IMG/VR virus record: IMGVR_UViG_2671180896_000003
Span: 1 to 42,003 of that record
Source of the DNA: a virus
Taxonomy: Duplodnaviria; Heunggongvirae; Uroviricota; Caudoviricetes
Length of the DNA stretch: 42,003 nt
Strand: one strand, 5' to 3'
Under the pieces are notes generated by a model. It was given only the letters and a program-made list of their open reading frames with translations. It was not told where the DNA came from and made no database searches. This document shows, one piece after another, positions 28,307 to 35,489 of the stretch. Positions within the stretch are counted from its first letter, which is position 1; each line of letters starts with the position of its first letter. Both the position numbers and the translations under genes were made by a program.

Positions 28307-28326
28307 TACTGTGTTTTTATACAGTA
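28307..28326 (-). promoter_or_regulatory. LexA operator (SOS box) in dinI-like promoter
   Basis: TACTGTGTTTTTATACAGTA: CTGT-N8-ACAG, 19 bp upstream of the dinI-like ATG; candidate -35 TTGATC and -10 TATACT overlap it on the minus strand. Confidence 0.8.
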
Positions 28327-28388
28327 TACCTATGCGCGGAAATGATCAACGTTTTAAGAACACAAATTGTTAATTTTCTGTCAGTAGT

Positions 28389-28416
28389 AAAAAAAGAAAA
28401 CCCGCCGTAGCGGGTT
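28389..28416 (-). terminator. Intrinsic terminator (minus orientation) between accessory island and dinI-like unit
   Basis: AACCCGC-CGTA-GCGGGTT hairpin followed on minus strand by TTTTCTTTTTT. Confidence 0.6.
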
Positions 28417-28779
28417 GAATTAGCAGTGTTATATTAAGCGGCAATTTCTTTCTGCCGGCACAATCCCGAGAGATTCGCCCTCTGTATCGCATCATCAATG
28501 AGCACCTGTATGACCATGAGGCAAAGCGTTATCCAACTTGCATTCATCTTTTTCAATCAGCAAAGGAGTGGTTAGTGCTGTGAGTGGGCTTTGTTCACTT
28601 CATGGTAGATAAATCAGCTATGGATAAGTGATAAGAGGTGAAATCAATCCGAATTAACAACCTGAAGCACATTAATCGGAACACAGATATTAAAATCCTA
28701 AAGTCTAGTAACAAATAGCCGATATGAGATATTGCTTATCAGTTTAAAAATAATCTATTGAAAAAATGGGGGGGAGGCG

Positions 28780-29343
28780 TTGAAGCGAGTAGAGCGCGAT
28801 TTTATCTGTCTGTTTAATTGTGTGTGGTATCAAGATTTCCCTGTGTTCAAAGGTGAATATATCAACCGTTCCAACTGGACCATTCATGTTGGCCTGGTCA
28901 TGCGCGAGTGTGCAAAGTTAATGGGCGCAAGAACATTTTTTGAACAAGGCGGGCGTACCGATGCGGTCCTACAATATCCAGACAATCAAATTTTAACCTA
29001 TGTTGAGTGGGAGTATAATCAGGCAGACAGAGATAGCGTTAACGAGTTAGACAAACTGCTTGAAAAAAACGACAAGTGCTATTTCTCCACATTCATCTCA
29101 TATTGTCAGCATGAAAACATCAATATTGTTATTGAAAAAGCAAGTAGAATATGGAGTGAAGCAAGCAGGCCTTTGATTTTTTTTCTTATCACCTATGAGC
29201 CTCAAACGAAAAAACGCCGCCATTTTTTAGAACTCAGAACTTATTTTTTCTCAAACGGCAAAAGAAAACTAGTTCGCAAACAACCTGCGCTTCCATGGGA
29301 TATTGAGCAACGAAAATACAATGTCGAAGAAGATGCAGGATAG
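28780..29343 (+). CDS. Hypothetical protein, 187 aa, AT-rich accessory cargo (defence-like candidate)
   Basis: TTG start with GGGGGGAGG RBS; AT-rich codon usage unlike flanking phage genes; about 350 bp non-coding upstream; no family recognised. Contains YPD...YVEWEY segment that might be a degenerate nuclease motif (speculative). Confidence 0.6.
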   Translation: MKRVERDFICLFNCVWYQDFPVFKGEYINRSNWTIHVGLVMRECAKLMGARTFFEQGGRTDAVLQYPDNQILTYVEWEYNQADRDSVNELDKLLEKNDKCYFSTFISYCQHENINIVIEKASRIWSEASRPLIFFLITYEPQTKKRRHFLELRTYFFSNGKRKLVRKQPALPWDIEQRKYNVEEDAG

Positions 29344-29382
29344 AAGAGACATAAGGTTTTCACGACAGTCTCGTTTCGAGCC

Positions 29383-29764
29383 CTAACTAAAATATTCTGT
29401 TCGGAGCAACCAAATAGCTCTGGCTTTGCTGTGACCATGTTCGCGGTACCAACGCCTCTCTAGGTCCGCTTCTCGCTCATGGTGGACCAAAATCAAATCT
29501 AAAATGACGTGGCTAAGCGGGAGTACATAGTGAATGACAGGATGCTCCGGGCAGCACCATACTAATTCAGTTCCCGTCAGAGGTAGGCGTTGCTTCATGA
29601 TGGGATGAGCGCTCCCTCCAGACAATCCATGCGACAGCCGCCTCCCATGATATATATCCATTACCGCCATTTTTCGCTCTGCGGAGATTAACTGCATCAC
29701 CAAACCTTTCAATGATGAATTTTTCAAATTCTATGCGTTTTTCTTCGTCGATTGTTGAATCCAT
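29383..29764 (-). pseudogene. Two overlapping minus-strand ORFs in different frames (65 aa and 114 aa); possible frameshifted gene
   Basis: ORF 29567-29764 (MDSTIDEEKRIEFEKF..., RBS GGGGAAGG) and ORF 29383-29727 overlap by 161 nt in frames offset by one; together they would give about 120 aa. Confidence 0.35.
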
Positions 29765-29981
29765 ACCTTCCCCAGAAGAGTCCTACGAATCGCTCTTATT
29801 GCATAAAAAATAGCATATACAATAGAGAGTGAAAAACCGACGTAGCGGGTTAACTTTATGTTACTCATGAGTCTTGTCTCGCTGCGACTTAAAAGCGGAA
29901 CATTCTCGCGCAAGTTGCGTTGCTAAAGCTACGGGGTTGAATGGCTCTCCATGCCCATTTAAGAAGGCATGCGGTGTGTAG

Positions 29982-30010
29982 TTGAACGTTATTTAAAACA
30001 CAGATAGAAT
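29982..30010 (+). promoter_or_regulatory. Sigma70-type promoter for secreted-protein gene
   Basis: TTGAAC (29982-29987), 17-bp spacer, TAGAAT (30005-30010); about 35 bp upstream of ATG at 30044. Confidence 0.55.
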
Positions 30011-30043
30011 CAAGAAAAATCCTAAATAAATGGAATATTGTTT

Positions 30044-30424
30044 ATGGCTAAGAAAATCGCATTACTGGGCTTTTCTGCTCTTTTTGTTGCAAGTGTTGCT
30101 TTTGCTGAAACGACAAGTAACTGGGTTGAGGTTACTACAGCTGATGATGGCATTTTTTCAGCAAAAAAAGGCACATTTAGAAATGTAAAAGGTGATTCAT
30201 CTGCCTTGTTCATGTATCAAACAAAAAATAAAAAAGTAGAGTACTACAAAGTTAGTATTAAAGATGCCGACTGTGATAGTGGATATGGGGAGATAAGATT
30301 CTTCTATATGGATGGGAAATTAGCTTTCAAAGGTGATTATGTTGCTGATGGGAACAGTGTTGGCGCAGGTATTGGTGATTTTATGTGTGGGGTCAGAATT
30401 GGACTTAACACACAAAAAAGTTAA
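30044..30424 (+). CDS. Secreted/periplasmic protein (lysogenic-conversion candidate)
   Basis: From MAKKIALLGFSALFVASVAFA|ETT: signal peptide with AFA cleavage motif; mature about 105 aa with two Cys; own promoter. Confidence 0.7.
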   Translation: MAKKIALLGFSALFVASVAFAETTSNWVEVTTADDGIFSAKKGTFRNVKGDSSALFMYQTKNKKVEYYKVSIKDADCDSGYGEIRFFYMDGKLAFKGDYVADGNSVGAGIGDFMCGVRIGLNTQKS

Positions 30425-30464
30425 ATGAGGGGCATTTGTTAAAAAACAATAGCCCCACATTAGA

Positions 30465-30666
30465 TCAATATTGGCTCCGGCATTTCTGGATAAAAGCTTC
30501 TATGCTACGGCGCTCATAGCGAACAATCTTAGCGCTGAACTTTACACGGGGCCAATGTAGACCGGTGTCGGTGTTCTGTATTCCATTTACATAATGTTTT
30601 TTGCGTAATTCCCAGCTTCTGGCATACCTCGCCCGGAGTGAGGAGATCATCAGGTTGCTCAGTCAT
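30465..30666 (-). pseudogene. AlpA/Xis-family HTH regulator, frameshifted
   Basis: ATG 30664-30666 (RBS GAGG): MTEQPDDLLTPGEVCQKLGITQKTLCKW then premature stop; frame shifted by one continues with HWPRVKFSAKIVRYERRSIEAFIQK, the usual AlpA C-terminal pattern. Confidence 0.6.
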
Positions 30667-30838
30667 GTTATGCCTCGCTGTTATCTGGGGTGATGATTAG
30701 CAGCTTCCAGATGGCTGAGACATACATAGCCTGATGTTTCGCATCGACTAGGGCATTATGCATGTCACCTTCAAACGGCATGTCCCGAGTTCTCCCTTTT
30801 CGCCGCTTTCGCGTCGCATATTCTCCAAACGGTATTTA

Positions 30839-31396
30839 TCAATCATTACTGTTATCCTCGCAGTAGTAGTGCCGTCCCTCTGGGTCAGTAGATACATGTC
30901 CGCAGATATCGCATTCAATTCCAGGAAGCACCGATTCTGACTGCGCTTTGATATGCAGTCGCGGTTCACCGTCTTTCGGCTCTGGCCACTGGCGGTTTTT
31001 GTTAACCGCCAGCTTTTCTACCATCGCCAGGGTAATCTGCTTATCACTGATACCGGCACGACGTTGCGCATCCCATAACAGGAATTGCATGTCAGCCCAT
31101 TCGCTCATCTCGTCTGGTTCCGCAGCAGCCTCGATAGCTTCTTTGGAAAGGTGCTTCAGCGGACCAACTGGACCGACATCGCCGAATGTTTCATCTGACC
31201 ATGCTGCATGTTCACAGCGTACCTGCTCACGGGCTATCGACTCCAGAACCCCATCAATCACCTTCACTGCATCAGCCATTGCGTAGCCGAGATTACCGCC
31301 GTCGCTTTGTGCTGCTGCTTTGCTGAGTATTTCGCGTACCTGGTGCAAGCGATCAAGTGATACAGGACCGTGCGCCGGGTGGTTGTTAGTTGTCAT
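30839..31396 (-). CDS. Hypothetical early protein (possibly DUF550-like)
   Basis: 185 aa; C-terminal Cys/His cluster (CDICGH...YYCED); family recollection weak. Confidence 0.45.
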   Translation of the reverse strand: MTTNNHPAHGPVSLDRLHQVREILSKAAAQSDGGNLGYAMADAVKVIDGVLESIAREQVRCEHAAWSDETFGDVGPVGPLKHLSKEAIEAAAEPDEMSEWADMQFLLWDAQRRAGISDKQITLAMVEKLAVNKNRQWPEPKDGEPRLHIKAQSESVLPGIECDICGHVSTDPEGRHYYCEDNSND

Positions 31397-31399
31397 GGG

Positions 31400-31600
31400 T
31401 TAGTCCTCTACCTTGTTTCCGCAATGCGGGCAGTAATTGAACTTATGGGCGAATCCAGGATGCGGAACGGCAAAGCGTTTGGTTTTCTCGTTCCAGTCAG
31501 CAATTACGATTTCAAAATTTACGACCGCATTAGCCCAGTCACTGGAAAGAACTGGCTGCGACCCAATCAGGCCGACTATACAGCGATTACATTTTTCCAC
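31400..31600 (-). CDS. Small zinc-ribbon-like protein
   Basis: 66 aa with CxxC...CxxC (CNRC...CPHC). Confidence 0.5.
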   Translation of the reverse strand: MEKCNRCIVGLIGSQPVLSSDWANAVVNFEIVIADWNEKTKRFAVPHPGFAHKFNYCPHCGNKVED

Positions 31601-31604
31601 TGAC

Positions 31605-31799
31605 TCACCCCCCCTTCACGCCAATGCCAGCAGTAAATCGCGACGGTGACCAATCGCAATATGTGTTCGACTCCGTGTGTCCAAAAATTGCTTTACAACG
31701 ATGGATATGGTGGCAATTACCACATGTTATGCCAGCCGGTAATCGCATCTTGTCGGGATCGGCTGGGTCATAATTCAACGCCAGTTTTTCGGTTGTCAT
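31605..31799 (-). CDS. Small Cys/His-rich protein
   Basis: 64 aa with CGNCHHIHRC...C; start overlaps upstream stop. Confidence 0.5.
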   Translation of the reverse strand: MTTEKLALNYDPADPDKMRLPAGITCGNCHHIHRCKAIFGHTESNTYCDWSPSRFTAGIGVKGG

Positions 31800-32134
31800 G
31801 CTGGCATCCTCCCCACGATATCTATAACCCGACGCATAACCGCACTTCCCCGAAAATCTGCTGGTAACTCAATCAGAGGCTTACTCGAACCGTATGAGAA
31901 TCGTTGGAGATCGAAATCAATTACAGCCTTTGGGTCCCTGAACAAATCTAGACGACCGTAACGAATGAGTTCGCCGCGTTCGGCTGCTACGCGGAAATAC
32001 TTCTCAGCAGTCTGACGATGCAGCGACAACATCTGTGATGCCTCGCTAACGGTTAAGCGTCCACGGATTTTCACCTCTTCGATGATCACCCGGATAAGTG
32101 CCGCCTGCTCTTCTGGTGTATTTGGTCTTGGCAT
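31796..32134 (-). CDS. Hypothetical protein following replication initiator (HTH-like segment)
   Basis: 112 aa; segment TVSEASQMLSLHRQTAEKYF resembles an HTH; too short and unlike a lambda P or DnaC-type loader. Confidence 0.45.
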   Translation of the reverse strand: MPRPNTPEEQAALIRVIIEEVKIRGRLTVSEASQMLSLHRQTAEKYFRVAAERGELIRYGRLDLFRDPKAVIDFDLQRFSYGSSKPLIELPADFRGSAVMRRVIDIVGRMPA

Positions 32135-32136
32135 GC

Positions 32137-33048
32137 TTACCCCCTGAATCCGGGTGGGATTGTTTTGTCTGGCTCAGAAATGCGGTTCACATCCCTGCCC
32201 GTTTTGCGAGCGTTGAGAGCGAACTTCGGTTTAAACAGTCCCTGGTACCCGTTGGCGATACTGGTGTTGATCACATCAACGGGGTCATGCCCAGCGTCCA
32301 GGCAAGCCTTGAGCAACTTGAATGCTTTGGTGACCGTCATTTCGGTCTTGATGGCTTTGCCAGACTGTTGGCGGTAGGCCACCCACTCACTCCAGGACAC
32401 AGAATCAAGCCACTCAGGAACGGGAATCGTCAGCGGGTCAAACTTACCCTTCCCCTTTGGGGGATTAGAGGGGGTTAGATCTGTATTTATATTTGTATTT
32501 GGAAGAATGTCTTTGGTGTTCCCTGTTTTCAGGGATACCTCTCCCTGTTTTTGGGGATGGTTATCCCCGTTTTCAGGGATGATTGAAGGGGTAAAATTGC
32601 TATCCCTGAATTCAGGGATGGTAATAACCCATGTGACAACTTCAGCAGCAGGAAACACCGCTGGACACTTCATGCAATTTGGCTTGGTATACGCCCATTT
32701 ATCCAGGCTGGTATTAATCCCTATGTATCTGGTTTGCCCAATGCGGCGCAGGATGATGATGTTCCGATAGGCAAGGCTCAACACGGCTTCAGAGACGTGT
32801 TTCACCTTCAGCGTCGTTTTATCTGCAATGAGGCTATTGGCGATGCGGTCAGAACTCTTAGACCAGCCATAGGTCAGACGAACGATAGCATTCAGCACCC
32901 GGAACTCGCGCCCGGATAGTTCGACGATACACAGGGCATCCTGAATCTGGTTGGCCAGGCGCAAATAGCCTTTCTCCAGTTCAGCCATGCTGCTCTCCTG
33001 TTTCCCCTGCTGTGTGGGGAATTTGAATATTTCAGCGGTATTTGACAT
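32137..33048 (-). CDS. Replication initiation protein, lambda O-like N-terminal domain
   Basis: From MSNTAEIFKFP...: GYLRLANQIQDAL...REFRVLNAIVRLTYGW...DRIANSLIA parallels recalled lambda O N-terminus; ori iterons lie inside the gene; C-terminal domain unlike lambda O. Confidence 0.8.
   Translation of the reverse strand: MSNTAEIFKFPTQQGKQESSMAELEKGYLRLANQIQDALCIVELSGREFRVLNAIVRLTYGWSKSSDRIANSLIADKTTLKVKHVSEAVLSLAYRNIIILRRIGQTRYIGINTSLDKWAYTKPNCMKCPAVFPAAEVVTWVITIPEFRDSNFTPSIIPENGDNHPQKQGEVSLKTGNTKDILPNTNINTDLTPSNPPKGKGKFDPLTIPVPEWLDSVSWSEWVAYRQQSGKAIKTEMTVTKAFKLLKACLDAGHDPVDVINTSIANGYQGLFKPKFALNARKTGRDVNRISEPDKTIPPGFRG
32520..32618. repeat. Replication origin iterons (four about 16-bp dyad repeats) inside the O-like gene
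   Basis: TCCCTGTTTTCAGGGA (32520), TCCCTGTTTTTGGGGA (32542), TCCCCGTTTTCAGGGA (32564), TCCCTGAATTCAGGGA (32603); 22-bp spacing for the first three; AT-rich stretch at 32480-32510 on the O-downstream side, as in lambda ori. Confidence 0.75.
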
Positions 33049-33132
33049 ACTGTTCTCCGCAATTACGCACAGTTTTTGCACCTGAAAGCCGTTGGTGTTC
33101 GAGCACCGCGGCTTTCGCCATTTCTGAGCCCG

Positions 33133-33690
33133 TCATAGCGCACCACCCAGCATCGTTGTAACCATCGCCATAATGGGCGCCACAGAATCAGGTCCGTCCA
33201 GGTAGAGCTTGGCTACGATGCTCTCGCTGATTTCCTTCATCCGTTCGTGTCTGGGGGCTTTGAGGACGACAGCCTGTATCGCCTCAGCGTCTTCTTTCAC
33301 CGACCTGGCGACACGAACCGCAAAGCAGTCGTGCTTAATCACGCGATCCCGGTACGCCAGCGGCAGAACCGAAATTATTACCGGCGCCAGCTGCTCGACG
33401 TTCGCCCGGTAGGCCGGTGATTTCTCGTGGTTGTCCAGCCAGCGAAACAGCTTCACGTTCCACACATCGGCGCTGCCGGTCATGTCAATGCTGTCAAGCT
33501 CGGCCTGTTCGGCAGCCTCTTTAATCGCCAGAGCGACCGCCACGCGGCCCTCTGCCGCCGCCCAGGCGCGGACGGCAGAACAGATAGCCCGGTGATCGAC
33601 CGGCTGGCCTTCAGCCTCACTGTGTTGATACTGGAATTTCAGGTGCTCTGATGGCGCTCTGTTATTCTGTTGAAAAGAAAGTGTTTGCAT
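33133..33690 (-). CDS. Hypothetical early protein in cII/YdaT position
   Basis: 185 aa immediately downstream of cro-like gene; weak resemblance to YdaT-like proteins from memory. Confidence 0.4.
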   Translation of the reverse strand: MQTLSFQQNNRAPSEHLKFQYQHSEAEGQPVDHRAICSAVRAWAAAEGRVAVALAIKEAAEQAELDSIDMTGSADVWNVKLFRWLDNHEKSPAYRANVEQLAPVIISVLPLAYRDRVIKHDCFAVRVARSVKEDAEAIQAVVLKAPRHERMKEISESIVAKLYLDGPDSVAPIMAMVTTMLGGAL

Positions 33691-33701
33691 TGTCAGTGCT
33701 C

Positions 33702-33920
33702 CTACTTTGGTAATCCGTCAGTGGGATTTGGATAGAGATCAGGGCGCAGCTCGTGGGGGGTTACGCCTGTCATTTTGAAAATCGGGAAGATATAGCTTGG
33801 CGGGACGATCCCTTGGTCACGATTCTTCCAATGACTTACAGACATACTCGTCACACCAAGCGCGATGCTGAGCTTTCTGGCAGAGCCAGCGGCTTTAATT
33901 GCTTTATCGAGTGCGGACAT
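33702..33920 (-). CDS. Cro-like HTH regulator (YdaS/Cro family)
   Basis: 72 aa; HTH segment ARKLSIALGVTSMSVSHWKNR; divergent from repressor gene; RBS AGGAG 7 nt upstream of ATG. Confidence 0.65.
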   Translation of the reverse strand: MSALDKAIKAAGSARKLSIALGVTSMSVSHWKNRDQGIVPPSYIFPIFKMTGVTPHELRPDLYPNPTDGLPK

Positions 33921-34022
33921 GTGCTTCTCCTGCTTATTGATAGCAGAAGTAAACCACAGATTTATACTTCATGCAAACTTTGGATTTATTGCGTGCATAA
34001 ACCAAATATTTACAATGACCAT
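33921..34022. promoter_or_regulatory. Immunity-region divergent promoter/operator interval
   Basis: Two related about 18-bp sites TAAACCACAGATTTATAC (33950) and TAAACCAAATATTTACAA (33998) with partial dyad symmetry; PRM-like -35 TTGCGT / -10 TACAAT ending 6 nt before the cI-like ATG (possible leaderless mRNA). Confidence 0.5.
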
Positions 34023-34412
34023 ATGAGAAAAGAAGAACCCAACCTCGTTCTGGTGGAGCGCCTTACTGAGATCACTGATCGCGGCGTTACCAAAGCAGAC
34101 ATGGCAAGAATAGCTGGAGTCACCCCTCAGGCCGTAAACGGCTGGTTCAAAAAAGGCGTGATTAGTAAGAAATCGGCACTGGCCATAGCCGACGCTGTTG
34201 GTATTTCTGTCGCCTGGCTACTCGGTGAAGACGTTGGGGAGAAAGACGGTCTCAAACCGGACGAACAGCGTTTGCTCGAGCTCTACCGCCAGTTACCGGA
34301 AGAAGAGCAGCAGAACATGCTCCGCATTTTTGCGCTTCGCCTGAAAGAGTTAGATGAGCTGTACGAGAAGTACATGAAGGGTCGGATTCGATCGCAAGGT
34401 GAGCAAACCTAA
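34023..34412 (+). CDS. cI-like repressor, short form (XRE-family HTH, no LexA-type peptidase domain)
   Basis: 129 aa from MRKEEPNLVLVERLTEITDRGVTKADMARIAGVTPQAVNGWFKKG...; divergent from cro-like gene. ORF track upstream extension to 33753 crosses the operator region and is unlikely. Confidence 0.7.
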   Translation: MRKEEPNLVLVERLTEITDRGVTKADMARIAGVTPQAVNGWFKKGVISKKSALAIADAVGISVAWLLGEDVGEKDGLKPDEQRLLELYRQLPEEEQQNMLRIFALRLKELDELYEKYMKGRIRSQGEQT

Positions 34413-34476
34413 ACCAGTAGTATCTAATTCCATGTAATAAAAATATTTCAAGATTTAATATCTTCTGGAGGATTCG

Positions 34477-34758
34477 GTGTCTAAAGAAACAACCGTCGAA
34501 CTTATGCATCTTAATGATGTAATCGAAGCGAAAAATTTCATCGAGACCAATGCTGACGGTGTCGTAACAATCGGCACACAAAATGCCGGTTACGAAGTTT
34601 ACAATTTTGTGTTCCTGAATAGCAGCCCGATCATCGGTACGGATAATGCGGATATAGTCGTCAAGGGCATGCAGCGAACCAAAGTTGTGTCTGTGACTTT
34701 AAGCAAACAAAAGGCTTATGATTTTTATCAATCCTTAAAAAGTATGTTTGAGGAATAA
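34477..34758 (+). CDS. Hypothetical protein, gene 1 of repressor-linked cassette
   Basis: 93 aa; GTG start with GGAGG 5 nt upstream; same strand as and 64 bp downstream of the repressor gene; no family recognised. Confidence 0.6.
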   Translation: MSKETTVELMHLNDVIEAKNFIETNADGVVTIGTQNAGYEVYNFVFLNSSPIIGTDNADIVVKGMQRTKVVSVTLSKQKAYDFYQSLKSMFEE

Positions 34759-34764
34759 TAATTG

Positions 34765-35286
34765 ATGGATGCGGCTCAATCATCTCTTGGTGAAGGGAAG
34801 TTATTGATTGCATATTCAGACCATAGCGGAGCTACAGTAGGCTTAGAGTTTTCATCAGTAGCTTCGAGCCAAGCAACCTTCCTTATGGGTGCTTGTAGTT
34901 TTGCCGCTTCGGATAAACAAAAACGGATTGTCACATCAGTTGCTATGGATGATACTGAAATCATTCATACGTCAACTGAAGATGGAGGTGACGACATGGA
35001 AAAGAGATTGGCTATTCTTGAGGTTGAAGTTGCCCACATCAAGAAAGATGTTGCCGAGATAAAAAACACAGTTTCAAAAGTTGATACGACAGTGAATTCA
35101 CTGGACAAAAATATGGCTGTAGTTTTGGAGAGGCTGTCTAGTATCAAAGAGTCTGTAGACAAAAAGCCCTCATCAGACACAGTGGACAAGAAAATCTCTG
35201 ATGCTAAATTGGCGATTCTCTTAGGTGTCCCTGCGATTATCGCCATTGGTACAGGGCTGTACAAAGCTTTTATGCACTTCTTTTAG
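34765..35286 (+). CDS. Hypothetical membrane-anchored coiled-coil protein, gene 2 of repressor-linked cassette
   Basis: 173 aa from ATG 34765 (RBS GAGGAA); N-terminal about 75-aa domain, central coiled coil (LAILEVEVAHIKKDVAEIKNTVSKVD...), C-terminal transmembrane segment LAILLGVPAIIAIGTGLYKAFMHFF. Confidence 0.6.
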   Translation: MDAAQSSLGEGKLLIAYSDHSGATVGLEFSSVASSQATFLMGACSFAASDKQKRIVTSVAMDDTEIIHTSTEDGGDDMEKRLAILEVEVAHIKKDVAEIKNTVSKVDTTVNSLDKNMAVVLERLSSIKESVDKKPSSDTVDKKISDAKLAILLGVPAIIAIGTGLYKAFMHFF

Positions 35287-35358
35287 TCAGATTTGGTCAA
35301 TACGCCTGAGTTATAAGGCTCTCAGCTACTAACTCTGTCGCCTTCCCCGAACCTTCTC

Positions 35359-35387
35359 ATCCCGACCACGCGTCGGGATTTTTTTTG
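35359..35387 (+). terminator. Strong intrinsic terminator ending the repressor/cassette operon
   Basis: ATCCCGAC-CACGC-GTCGGGAT hairpin followed by TTTTTTTT. Confidence 0.8.
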
Positions 35388-35460
35388 CCTGCGATTCTGC
35401 AGACGTGTCACAAAACCCAGCCACATAAACCTCAGATTTACAATTAACACCAACCTTAAG

Positions 35461-35489
35461 TTGACATATATATAAACCAGTGATTTAAT
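35461..35489 (+). promoter_or_regulatory. Strong sigma70-type promoter (PL-like, early-left operon)
   Basis: TTGACA (35461-35466), 17-bp spacer, TTTAAT (35484-35489); directs transcription toward recE/recT/xis. Confidence 0.6.

Noticed and set aside
29731-29913. 60-aa minus-strand ORF at the edge of the accessory island
   Set aside because: It spans the degenerate terminator-like motif and overlaps the start region of the neighbouring ORF; probably spurious.
33753-34022. Upstream extension of the repressor ORF (ORF track start at 33753)
   Set aside because: It would read through the cro-like gene start and the operator/promoter interval; the HTH protein starts naturally at the ATG at 34023.
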